A DNA stretch of 64,000 bases from Sphagnum compactum (Eukaryota), in the NCBI GenBank assembly GCA_965153455.1, contig OZ234494.1:7130001-7194000 (forward strand), read 5' to 3'. This document shows, piece by piece, positions 13,601-25,620 of the stretch. The notes beneath the pieces were generated by a model that was not told the DNA's origin, searched no databases, and saw only the letters and a program-made list of their open reading frames with translations. Each line of letters opens with the position of its first letter. The stretch's first letter is position 1. The position numbers and the translations under genes were made by a program.

Positions 13601-14182
13601 GAAGTCAGTAGCAAGTGATGGCAGCTTGTCCTTGACAATATGAATAGGGATGAAATGCTGATGCTTTGTGAGTGATGGTCAAAGGGTTAAGCCATACACT
13701 GTCATGTTGTGTGTGATTAATGGTAGATTGTGTGGGTACTGATGCCAGTGCCAATGCTATGCTTTGTTAATTTATGTGTTGCTACAGTTTACATGGCTCC
13801 ATTCACATGTGTATGGCAACATCTGTGTAAGGAGCCAAAAGCTGTCTTGTGCAAAGTCAGTAACCTTAGACTCAACTATGTTAAGGTGTTACATGCTGAG
13901 GATGGTAATCGAGTTAAGTTTTCTTGCTGCAGGTTATTTCGTGCTTACATTGCAGGAGAGGATGAAGAGAGAGCACTGAATCTTTTGAATGAGATGCCAG
14001 CATCTGATTTACAAGACCCAGATGTACGTGTCCTCATTCTCCAGACATTGCAACCCCATTACGTGGCAGCTGCTGACTCACCAGAAGCTGCAAGGGCACC
14101 TGAAACATTGCCACAAGTTCGAGCTCGATTAGATGAACTTTTGGGAACTGATTTGATACCAGGAACACGCATTAGGCTTTAG
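7627..14182 (+). CDS. P-class pentatricopeptide repeat (PPR) protein, probably mitochondrial, ~892 aa, 15 exons
   Basis: Phase-consistent GT-AG exons: 7627-7735, 8290-8765, 8998-9286, ~9597-9821 (acceptor uncertain), 10244-10392, 10522-10635, 11232-11327, 11480-11578, 11713-11841, 11990-12094, 12229-12396, 12776-12939, 13119-13188, 13297-13532, 13933-14182. Repeated PPR signatures (GVTPDVVSYTIVI, GLVPNMLTY, VQPSVVTYHSLI, GVKPDVTTYRFLI, GIKPNQSIF, GRLDEAFALYDEIKKEG). The N-terminus MTIITFSSRRLLLLSSFSSRRLSHS is S/R/L-rich and lacks acidic residues. Small exons could be missing after exons 2 and 4, where the repeat register is short. Confidence 0.9.
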
Positions 14183-15499
14183 GGAATTTTACAAAAGATT
14201 TGATTCTGCATGAGTTTAGATCAAGGAGCAATCCATGAGGCTGTTGACATTCTTTGCAAAAAGCTATGCAAATTTTGGTATTCTGTGTAGTTGTTCAGGT
14301 AGGAATCTGTCAGCTCTTCTGTGGGTTTTCAACAGGTTGCAGCTTGTCAAACTGACAAGAAGAATGTGGTGCAGTAGTTCACAAGGCATGGTCAACATAG
14401 CAAAGAGAAACTTGTTGCCCAAAGTGCATTGAGACATGGTGCATATCATTCACTTCAATTGCCAACAGAATGATGAGCCACACCACATGTACTTGATGTT
14501 CAAAGGTATGTATCATGGATGCAATCAAACAAGACACTTCCAAACTGTTGGTCCAATGTGGGAAAAGATCCTTGAAGTGATGACTGACATACCCCCCACT
14601 AAAGCAGGTTCCTAACATGGGAATGGTTTATGGGCAACCATTCCTATTGTATTTGTATTGGGGGCGGGGGGGATGTGGCATCCATGTGTTTCATCCTATT
14701 GTTGGCACAATTTAGGCTTGTAGATGCGCGGTTTGTTTGGAAGAGCATGGGATCAACGACCAAAAGTTATTGTGATTTGAGGAAGGTTGATACTGGATTC
14801 TGCCTTATGAATGTTATGCCATCTAATGTTTGAATGTTGTGGAAACAAAATTTTCAATGCATTAAATCCCCTATTTGCATCCAAGTGTTTGTAAAAGAGT
14901 TTGAATATTAAAATGTAAGCCCATGAGTTAGGTGTGTTAGTTTACTTATTTAGTTAGGTTCTAGTTAGTTAGGGGTAAATTGGGTTAGCGTAGTTGTTTG
15001 GGTTTTTATCTTGAATCAATTCAGGCGACAATAGCGTTTGAAATATTTATAGATGGGATAAAATTTTAGTTTGTGTGATTTCAAATTATTTTTAGTGATT
15101 TTTTATTTTAAATCATTTTTTAATAGTTTTTGTTTTAAATTATTTTTTTATTATTTGAGGTTTTAGTACAGTCTACGTAATATGCAAGCTCTCATGTGTT
15201 TCATGTATAATATTAGTTTTTGCATTTTGTGTGAGGAATTGTTGGGCTAGATTCTTGTTTCATTGCAAGCAAGTGACCACTTTGAATCATCAAAAGCTTG
15301 GTTCAGTTTTGATTAATGTTGCAGGTAGACTTGATTTTATTTTTTTGGATTGGGTTTTATAGTTTTGTGTTTTGCACAAGGATTAATTCGTTTAGGAACT
15401 TTGTTCGATGCCCTATGACATGTTGGTTGTGCTGTTTTATGGAATTGCAGTTGGTAGAAGTAATAGTTAAGGAGCATTTCTTAATCTACTTCACTAGAT

Positions 15500-16430
15500 A
15501 TTTTGTGGTTTTGGAATGATTTTTTATTTAACACTTTCTCTCATTGCCAACAACCACAACAATGGCAACAACATAAGCCATCATCACCTTCACCACATCC
15601 AAGAATTCCCAGGTTTTTCTTTCATCAACAACAAACCAAGACAAAAGGGAGCCATGAAGGATCAAAAAGATGGCTAATCAATGGTTACATTGTTGTGTTG
15701 CCTACATTGTTGTGATGGTAATGCATAATGTAGGAGTTTTTTTAGTTAAGAGGGGTGTCATCATGTCAATACCAACCCCACAAGGTTTTGTTGGATTGTG
15801 GTATTCAACCATTAATGTTGGGCAAGGCTGTTGTTTGAGGTCTTGGATTAACCAATGCCAATTTTGACCCATGTTAAAATCAAATTTTGACATTAATGGG
15901 TGATTCAAAAATGGTTCAAAGGTTAACCAAACATGAGGTTGTGATCCATCCTACCAAACCAACGAAATACATTATAGTACGAGCCCAAATAGTGGTCACC
16001 CATGTTACATACTATGATCTATTAATTAGAGGAGCAATTTTGTATCCCTTCGGGGTTACCATTGATTTTTCGAAAAAAATCGCACACCATAGCCTAGGAT
16101 GGCAAATAAGAACTAGTCGCAAGGTTTCATTACCGATGAAGTTGATTGAGGGGCAAGCTAAAAAATCTAATAAATTCACTATGTCGGCTATATTTTCATG
16201 CCTTCCACATGAATTTGAAGTATTGGAAGGTGAAATCCATGATTGAGATGAACCCCCAAATGGGGAATTGGCAATGTCACGACCACATGAGATGGCATTC
16301 ATTTAAGCTTCCACATTGGATCCTAGCCCACCATCAGGCACATTGATTGAATTATAAGCTTGGCACACTTTGTTGTCACCAAACTCACGTAAATTCATGG
16401 ATGTTGGTAATGGGCCACCAAGATTGAACC
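15500..16430 (+). mobile_element. Degenerate retroelement relic with an aspartic-protease-like motif
   Basis: 15782 onward translates KVLLDCGIQPLMLGKAVV*GLGLTNA (decayed LLD[S/T]G retropepsin motif), followed by ...VVTHVTYYDLLIRGAILYPFGVTIDF, which resembles the protease C-terminal DxLxG motif; interrupted by stops and frameshifts. Confidence 0.55.
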
Positions 16431-16451
16431 CATTAAACATCGAAATTATTC

Positions 16452-16830
16452 CACTACAAGGAATCATGTCCATTCCAACCTATGCATTTGCGACTTATGT
16501 CAAAATCAATCATTTTTGTGACTATAGATGCGATTGTCCTATGTGACATTTGGTAAAAACAACTTGTAATTACATAAACAACTACAAAAGGATTTGCAAT
16601 TGCATATGCAACTTTTATTTGCACCTAATGTCAATTTGGATGAAAATGAAAATGAAAATACACTTATGTCATTCATTTTTAATGACATCCCAAAATAAAT
16701 GATTTGTAATTATTTCTACGACTTGGAAGGTGGTTCATAGACCATTGAACACCTCGTGATATCTTTTCCACTTGAATTACAACTATAAATCCTAGTTCTA
16801 AATGCACGTGTAATTTTATTATTAAAAAAA
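16452..16830 (+). mobile_element. Orphan left end of a CACTA-type element
   Basis: CACTACAAGGAATCATGTC at 16452 matches the TIR family of the 53013-55317 element and is followed by similar (T)GCAACT/GCGACT subterminal motifs; no right end was found. Confidence 0.5.
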
Positions 16831-17167
16831 AATTGACCAATGAAATTGTTGAATTTATTGGTCTAATTGTTTTCCTTAACTATAAAAATGAGTGAAGTTC
16901 TCCAAGCAAGAGCTTAGGATGTGGTTCTCCAGGACTTTAAATGGTCCCTCACCCCACCCTACTTTATGTGGTGTCTTTCAGTATGCAGTCAAACATTGCT
17001 GCCATTCTTACGGTGTACTCAGAGGGCACCTTTTAACCATGAAAGTACTTCCTGCCATTTTGACGGTGTACTGAGAAGGAACTTTTCAGAATTAGAATGT
17101 TCAGTCGCTGTGCTTCACGCATTGTAAAGTCCTACCCCCCTAGGGCTTCACCTAAGACTTTGGTTAG

Positions 17168-17203
17168 TCCCCCCCCCCCTCTCCCCTCCCCTCCCCTCCC
17201 CCC
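17168..17203 (-). other. G-run tract with G-quadruplex potential on the minus strand
   Basis: + strand tccccccccccctctcccctcccctcccctcccccc has at least 4 C-runs with 1-3 nt spacers. Confidence 0.6.
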
Positions 17204-17414
17204 AGATTGTTCCGACTTTCCTTGTGTGCGCTTTAATTTGCCCCTTCTTGGCCTTTTGCCGTCTTGTGCTGTTCCAAATCATTTGACCCTGGTGGGGTCT
17301 TTCAAGTGATATTATCCCTGACCGGACGGGGGATTTTTTTCTCAAATTCCTCATGTAGGTGCACTGGCGAGGATCCCCAGCTTTAATTCGCATTAAATGG
17401 CGATTGTCCTAGGC

Positions 17415-17619
17415 GGACAGTAGAGTTTTTTCTGGATCCTGCCTAAATCTAGGCGAGCTCAACGGACTCACTGTCTAAATCTGGCGAATTCGTTCTTTTT
17501 TTTCTAAGAAATATGACGAATTTTTTGAAAGTTTTTTTCAAAAAATCCTTTTAGAGGTGGCACTGGGTTTTTTTTTTGTCGCCAGTTGCCGAAATTTCGC
17601 CAAATAGAAAACACTGTCC
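17415..17619. mobile_element. Short MITE-like element
   Basis: Ends GGACAGT...TTTTTTCT and AGAAAACACTGTCC form an imperfect inverted pair; internal repeated CTAAATCT(A)GGCGA. Confidence 0.4.
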
Positions 17620-19062
17620 CTGGACATGGACGCTTTGCATCATCATCATCATCCAGGCAGATTAAAGTACCTATTATGGTGCTTTACCTTGCACGTAAAG
17701 AAAGACTTGTGCCCATCTTTCTAGTGTGATTGGGGAGCATCTTATAGAGCCGGTTCGTTTTTGGAAACGCCTTGCAATTTCTTTTCATTTTCTTCCTGTG
17801 ATACTTGTTGGATTTGACAAGAAAAACATAAAAGATTTTTTTAAAAATTAAGACACAAGTCTTTACACTCAGGAAAGTCTTTGGCCGCGTACTTTAGTCG
17901 AATTGGGCCTTTGCTTGGCTCCACCTTTTGCAAAGAATGGGTGTAGGGTCTTGCTATTTGCAAAGGATGGATTCTACTTGATAACATGCCCTCTAGATAC
18001 ATTGAAAAAATCTGGTGGTGCTTTTTACATGTTTTGTGTAGGGCAACAACTGAACAGTGCAGCATTCTCGAAGTAAAGCACCCACCCAAGAAGGTGTAGC
18101 CAATGGGTGCTTACATTCAGGAACACCCTGCTCCTCAGGCATTACCCAGCAATAAGACTTCCTCATTGGGTATCATGAGGAAAAAACACGAAAAAAAAGA
18201 GGGTGGGATTTCGAAAATGAAACAGTTGCCTCTTGCATACAAAGATTACAAATACACTTAGAAATTTTCGCATAGGTCTTTTACATAAAGGCTTAGTTAG
18301 ACATGTTGTCATCAAAATGTGACAGGATTGTAAGTAGTAGAAGGGGTCTATCTTTCCAGCCTTCCACAAATTAGGGTTTATGCTACTTGATGTATGAGCC
18401 CAAGGGACCAGTACCTCAAATCCAGTCTTGAAAAGGTCTACAAAATAGACCCTTCTCCTATACCATAGGTGTTTCATTTTGGAGTTTGCAGGGGATCCAA
18501 TGTGTGCATCCATTGGTGTAATGGAACGTTTCACAAATGCCAACTATTGCACCACCTTTCTTTTTTTGTTAAATCCTTGTTTATTTGTGTTTTTTCTTTC
18601 CTTTTGGTGTCTTTCTATTTTTTCAACAATGTTGGTATATGGTGTGTAGGATCATTGATTGCTATCAAGATAAGTTCCAGTAGGAAGCCAAGAATATAGA
18701 AGGATTCTGGGTCTTTTTTACTTTCATATCTGGGACATACAGTACAACCCAGATAATTTTCTACTTACACATCTGGGATATCAACTATGAAAAATTATCC
18801 ATCCCAGATAAAAAAAAATTGTTGTCATTGGCAAGGAGTTCCCATACCCATCCCCATTGAGCAAAGAACACACATCATAACAATCTATGCAGGCTCCAAT
18901 TGCAAGGAAATCAATCCTCAATGCAAACAATGAAATGAGGTGTTCACAGTAGACAACTGCTTTTTTGTCTTGCTACATGAACTGAAGAGCACTGAGAATT
19001 CTATCCACCCACCACTTTAAACAATCACGAGATTTACAGCCTTCTGCCAGACCCTAACATAG

Positions 19063-19153
19063 ATCTATGTATTTGTCCCACATTGTTCTCTCCTACCCAG
19101 AACCCTAAACCACCAGGATTCTGGCAGCCTAAACATGGGACAAACACATAGAT
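19063..19153 (-). other. ~90-nt hairpin downstream of (or in the 3' UTR of) the RING/IBR gene
   Basis: Outer arms 19063-19080 and 19136-19153 (18 bp, one A-C mismatch); inner arms ccagaaccct and aggattctgg (one C-A mismatch). Confidence 0.6.
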
Positions 19154-20078
19154 AATGTAACAAGGGAAACCGACATGTAAGACAGTCCATGAGCACATTC
19201 ATATCCAAATACAGCAATACCACATGCACATTCAGCAAAGAGACACAATCATGTAATCCAGATAGTTTTGAAGTACCTGCTCAATAGTGGCAAGGCACCA
19301 AACATTTTCCTCCAAAAAATTGTTCTGGGCATCACGAATTTCTGAGTACAGTACATGCAGATACATAACCTAAATCAGACATAGCCTACAAATTCAGATG
19401 AGACAGCCTGCGTAAACCTGTAAGCTGCGATTATTGAATGTTGGTGGCTCAAAACATTCAACACGTACAATCCTCTGAAGTTCAACGGTAGCAAAACTTG
19501 AATCTAGTGAACCAAATTCCTCATAACATTGAAGAGTTGGTTAGCTTGTAAAGTTTTTGAATAGAACTTGGACCTCCTCATACAATTTTTGGTGGGTGCT
19601 ACCAGCTCTTAAAACCCTTCAGTCTTCCTGACTTGGCTCCAGAAAACTTGAGGTTCCATCTTGACACAAAATAGTCAATGTATACCTTCTTGTTCCCTAT
19701 ATTCCAACCACTGGAGCTGTAAGGCACTCAGATGGCAAGCTTCTAGATCACAGGCAGTTTATCAAATGAAAGCCTTGACAAGCCACTACCTTCCCTGCAT
19801 GGAATATGTGCTCCCCAAGGCAGGACCTTCACCTGCAGTCTCCAAAGGACATCTGCATTCCCCCATTTTTCCTAGTTAGAATGTTAAATCTATGAGGCAG
19901 GCAAACAGAACTGATGGCCAAGTGAGGAAACTTATCTAAAAAAAAAAACATCTAGACAAAAAGAGAGGACTTTGGGGAATAAAAGGAGCACAAGGGGCAG
20001 CAAAGAAAGAGCCACAAATGAAGCAATAAGGTTACCTCCAGGCCTAGAGAATGATGGAGAGAGATTACACACAGCATG

Positions 20079-23000
20079 TCAAGCTCTTTGTAAACGCTCC
20101 AAGCTGGCTTGCACAACATCAAAAGCATCTTCCATATCACCAATAAAGTTCAGATTCTTCCGAGTTGCATCATGGTCATTCTCCACTGTGACCAGGGCTT
20201 CCGATAGCATATCCTCAGCCTGCCAGTGAAGACTTTCCAGAGCTTCGAAGAGAGAACTGTGCGTATGAGAGCCAGGATTGCTTTGCATACTCAGGCAGGA
20301 GTTGGGCATACACAGAATAAGTAGTGTGTTCGTATGAGCACTTAAGGCTCGCAAAAGAAAAAATACTTCACTGTACAGATACTCCCGAGCCATGATGTCT
20401 GGCAGACTTCTATTTTCAAGAAGGAAGTTTAGGACTTCACGAAGAGGTTTGAATCCAGAGAGGAAGAATGTGGCAAGGGCAGGTAGACTGATGCCAAGAG
20501 CAGCATTGACCTCCAAAATGTCAGTCAAAGCCCAAAGTGCATTTGCCAATCTCTCATCAGCCAACTTATTTGTAGAGACAGTGTTTGGAACATTGCTGGA
20601 CCCTGCATCCAATGGGGAGTCTGTACTGGAGGGAGAGGAACCCCGAGTGTTAGAGCATGACCCCAATGAGGCTGATGGTACTGAAGCAGTAGATGCTGCT
20701 GACCATAACTCCACCTCACCACCTCCTGGTGAAATCCATTCAGTCTCTGCACCTATTGAATCAGGATACTCGTCAACATCACTCTTGGTTCTCAAATTAA
20801 GCACCTGGACTGACTGCTGATTAACAGGAAATGATCTTGTAAGTGAGCAAGGGGGCCCATGTATACCAGATCTGGCCAGGTTAGCCTGCCACAGAGACAT
20901 TTCCTGGAGATTGAAAGCCCAAAGTTCGTTCAAAACCATGGCCTGCTCAGCTGATCGAGCCCAGTGTGCTTCTAAATGTGCCCACTTTGATGCAGTCTGT
21001 GCCATCACATTTGATGTCCCAAACCACTTCCTGCACTCCATATCCCACCAAGCAGCTGAAGCAGCACACCTCTCTACTTCAGCTCTCCAGTATTGGCTTG
21101 CTCTTTTCCAGGTATCTGCTTTGTATGCCCAATAGTCTCTAGGATTTAGTGCTCCAGGCCCCTGGTTCATGAAATACAGAGGCTGTTCATCTGGATGAAC
21201 CAGCAATGGAGATAATGAAGGGAAAGAGATGGGAATGTCCATGACAGTGTCTGGGATAAGAGCACAGCTAGAGCTCAATGTTTCTATTGTTGATGCAGTT
21301 GAAACTTGCCCATGTGTCCCAGAGAAAAGTTCCACAGGAGATGGTTCCAAGAACACAGACTCATTCTCTGTTGGCATGGGATGCTGTGCGGTCTGAGGAG
21401 ACACGGATTCCTCTACAGCAGGGAGTAGCATCCTCAGCATAGCCTCTACTTCCCTGAGAGGTTCCCTTGGTTGTCTGCTGCAGATCTCTGTATGTTCCAG
21501 AGGTAGTATTTGTGCTGATTGAGACAATGGATGATTGGTAGTTCCAAGCTCCTGCTTTACATCCACCTTGACAGCATCATCAGGCCAAATGGCTGCTTGC
21601 TTTGTGCGAACCTTGCTACCACTAGGATGCAAGGACTCTTTTGTGGTTAGACATTGCTTGAGCCCTTCATGTGCAGAGTTGATGTCCATCACAGCACAGA
21701 ATAGAGAAAATAATTGCCTTCTCCTTGGTTCACATACTTCATGTATGCCATCAGGTGGAGTGTTGCATGCTGGAGCCATCTTTTCTTCAGAGACTAGAGC
21801 TGAGACTTCCCTCCCTTGCAAAATGATACCAAAGTCATCAAGAGCAAGAGGTTGATGCAGAAACCTTGCAGATGAAGAACTAATTGGCCCTTTCATTTGA
21901 AGTCCACAGGCATTGCACTGGACCAGATCACATGTCAAGCACATCAACCGCCAAGGTGATGCAACAAGAGCACCAGTAACAACCTCCAGATCCTGGAGTC
22001 CCTGCTCCTTGGATCGTCCACTCACCCGAAGGCCCCGAGCTTCCATGGCCCTGTAAACTGCAAGTTTAACCCAAAAAGTTTGATACATTAGCTATCATAT
22101 CCAAGGCTACAAGAACGCCAGGGGGGTGAAACCATTTCTCTGCATTCCATGATTCATATACAACAAAGTTCCAGTAGCAATAGCATAGAGAAGCTTGTCA
22201 GACTTGCACACAAAAGAATGGACAAGAAAGGCCTCTTTCCAGCATCATGATAAAGAAATCAGTACCAGGCACAGACAAGCATACCTTCTCCTAGGCCAAG
22301 ACATTCCAACTCCGTTATTGGCACTAAGGAGGCTGAAAGCTCTTGATTGCTGCATTCAGGACAGATTCTCTTCCAGGCAGCTCCAAATTCACGGGAGAAC
22401 AAAGCTATTAATGTGATTTGAAACTGGAGGAAGGCAGAGTTGCCCACTGCTTGTTCGATATCCAACTGAGTAAAGTGCTCACCACAACTGCACACAAGAG
22501 TAGCTGCATGTCAGCACTCTCGTTGAACTTCATTGCACCTTCTGACTAGAAAGAAAATCTAAATTTGCAGTGGGCTGCTAATTAGGCTAGTAAACTGAAA
22601 GCTGTCAATGCTGCATAGTACAGGACTTACTGCAAACTGTTTTATGACCTTTACGTACTACATGAAAAGTTGTGATAACTTACGTGTCAACTGGGCATAC
22701 CAAGGAAGAAATGATGCTGTCCAATGAGGCTGTCTCAGATGCAACATTTTGCAAACTTTGCTTCACAAGGTTCGTATGGCAATCTTTGCAAAAACAGTGC
22801 CCACAAGTCTCTGCTTTGTAAGTGCCACCAAGCACAGACACCTCTGATGAGAAGCATTTTGAGCAGAGCGGACAGCTCAATAATCTACTTGATGAAAGTT
22901 CTTCTGCACAAACAACAAGAGACCGATTAGGACCACTAGGATAAATTACTGCACAACTACCAGGTGAAAATTTGCAGCATGAAGCCATGGCTTCAACCTG

Positions 23001-24142
23001 AATAAGATAGCACCTCTACTGGAGAATACTTGTAAATGGGTTAAGTGGCAGGCAGTTCAGAAGAGTTTCCCCATGCAGCTTTGCCAATGAAAGCAGCCAT
23101 TTTGCAGAAGCATACTACACCCATCGCAAAGGAAGAAATTACTGCATTTGCAGCATTTGGACATCAAACTCATAAACCCTAATAATAACAATTAGGTTGT
23201 GTTCACTAAAGTTTTCAGATTTACAGTCTGAAAGGTGAAATACCAAGTCATAGCTACTAGAGCAAGGTCAAGGCTATTCCGTGAGGCATTAGACCACAAG
23301 ATACAATGCATTTTTAGAAGAAAGAGGGCACAAAAGCAGGCCTTGTAAGATGCAGATGCTGTAAACCATTGCCACTTATCTGATACATACTTTAATACCA
23401 GCTTGTCCACAGCACTCTTGTCTAAACCTATCAGGTAGTGATTGCCACAGGAAATATTCAACTTTTGCCCCTACAGATCCATGAAATCAACAACTGAGTT
23501 TTTAGAAAAAATCTTGCCAGTGTCTAACCCTAATCCTTCATGTGGAGATAGGAAAGGATTGTTAAGCATAGCTTTGTTGAATAGATGTGCTTGTGTGATC
23601 ACTTCGAACCAGGTGCTCATACAGAGGGTGGCATTCAGGGGATGCTTGAGGAGAACCTTAGAACAACCGCTGCCTCTTGCAAATGCATCAGGGCAAGCAA
23701 CTATTGTTTGATGCACACACAAAGTGCAATAGTGAAAGCATCAGAGCACATCTAGTGGATATTCCAAAGCCAGAAACTCACCTACATCCTGATCCTGCAC
23801 CTTTTCTGGTACAGACAGAACTGGCCGACTTGTGTCTGCCCCTTGTTTGGCCAGTGGATTTCCATCATCTTCATAAAGAGCTTGGGGGGCAGGAATTGCA
23901 GACCCACCACTAATCAGGTGGTTGGACAGATGAGATCCTGCAAGCGAAGAAGGAGCATCGAGGCTTATAGTCATGGCCCCAATCATCAATTCCAGCTTAC
24001 AAGAAGCATTGCTTGGTGAAGATGATGCAAATGTTGCACAACCTCCACCTCCATCTTTGAAGAGAGCAGCATCATTCCCTTGTGAAATCGCCGCATGACG
24101 TCCTATGAGTATTCCCTTTCGTTCTGATTTGCCAAAAGCCAT
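20079..24142 (-). CDS. Uncharacterised RING1/IBR-like zinc-finger protein with a Trp-heptad segment and a BIRC6-like C-terminal helical block (~1022 aa, 6 exons); putative ubiquitin-system component
   Basis: Phase-consistent model: 24142-23782, 23700-23518 (GC donor), 23427-23399, 22997-22684, 22487-22285, 22057-20079. RING: CPLC...CGHCFCKDC...CPVDT|C. IBR-like: CPEC...CLTCDLVQCNAC. C-terminal LLENRSLPDIMAREYLYSEVFFLLRALSAH. The first three exons are less certain than the last three. Confidence 0.75.
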
Positions 24143-25239
24143 AGTTGAACCCTTCTCCTGCTCTCTCCACCTCTGTTTCTTCTTCTCACATAAAAACTAC
24201 CACAGAGTAGCACGATCCAAGCTTTGTCTCTGAAGGACTCAGATAGGCCAGCACAGGGAAAAGCATGTGCATCGCTCTGTCATGTACACACCAAGAAGGG
24301 GAAATCGCTAGTCTTCTAGGGATCCCTTGCACGTTGTGCAGCTTGAGAGGCTCACACGCTGCTACGCCCTCCTCAGGTCTGTACGCTCCCGTGCTTCATG
24401 ACTCTCTCCCTGCCACAAGGTTTAGGGCCTAAACCTCCCTCAATAGGTATATCCCGCCATGACGATCTCACGCTTGGAAACGCGCAATCTCTTCTTCCGG
24501 AGCCTTTTCTCCGCAGAAGCCTAACACAGAGTAATTTCTCAAAGCAGCTGAAACTCTTGTGACCTTACCTTCGCAACAAAGCCCTAGATCTAACATTACA
24601 CCCCATCCCCCTGCCCCCAATACCAGAAATAGGGGAAGTACAAACTTCAGAGGAATACAGCACGCCTCATTCTCCGCCTCCAAATCAGCTTTTGTCACAC
24701 CAACGATTCACGCTGCTACGACTCCGTAAACAAGTATGGATACAAAAGTCTAACCTAAACAGCAACAGAAATCCTATATCCATATACAGATCTTCTCGCA
24801 GAGACTTCTATATACACAACACCAAAGATTCAAGGTATGATTTCCGCGGACTCGAACTGTACAGACTCCACCAGTCTTCCAGAGGCAAACACACAATCAG
24901 AGTGCCTCTTCAGAGATGAACCAAAAATCGAGGGTAAAGAAGCAACCTCGAAAACACAAACAAGCAAAGCAACAACAAGGAATGCACTTGTCGTCTTCTT
25001 ACCTTCTTCACCAGATAAAGCCGCAGTATACACTCTACAGAAAACAGTTGCTCACAAGACAACATTCTCCGGGAAGCTGCGCTTCGTCTCTCCACTACTG
25101 ACAGCAATCCAACAGATACTCAAGAACCGAATCCCGTGAATGGAGGAAGAAAGAGAAGGAGGTGTTAGCAGCTGCAGACGAGAGCGCGGGCGGCCGGAGC
25201 CTCGCACAGAAGACACGAACACTCTCGCCCGGCGCCTCC

Positions 25240-25620
25240 GTCTTTCGTCGTCTTTCTGCCTTCCCTTGTCTTTTACTCATTTCCCTGCTTCTTTACCTCC
25301 GCTACTTGTCTTTCTCCCTTTCCCCTCGTCTCTCCTGCCCTTTTCCTTTCCCTCTTCTATCGTGTCCTTTTTTCCCTTCCCTCGTCTTTTACCCATTTCC
25401 CACTTCTTTACCTTCGCCACTCCTCTTTCTCACATTTCCTTCTCTTTCCCTCTCTTTTCCTCTCTCTGTCCTTTCACGGGTCTTGTTTCCAGATTCTTGT
25501 TTCTTTTGCTCTGCTGTGAAACATCTTTCCGTTCGATATCACACACCTCCATCTTTCAATCTCGACCCTTCATTTCCTGCCACCTATTTTAACCACCCCC
25601 CCCCCACCATCCTCAATCTA
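25240..25620 (-). promoter_or_regulatory. ~380-bp polypyrimidine/polypurine tract (GA-rich leader or proximal promoter of the RING gene)
   Basis: The + strand is dominated by C/T, between the GC-rich 5' region of the gene and the site II cluster. Confidence 0.5.

Noticed and set aside
20392-21855. Antisense ORFs opposite the large RING-gene exon (and similarly opposite the CDPK and CLC genes)
   Set aside because: Expected shadow ORFs of coding sequence with no independent coding signal.
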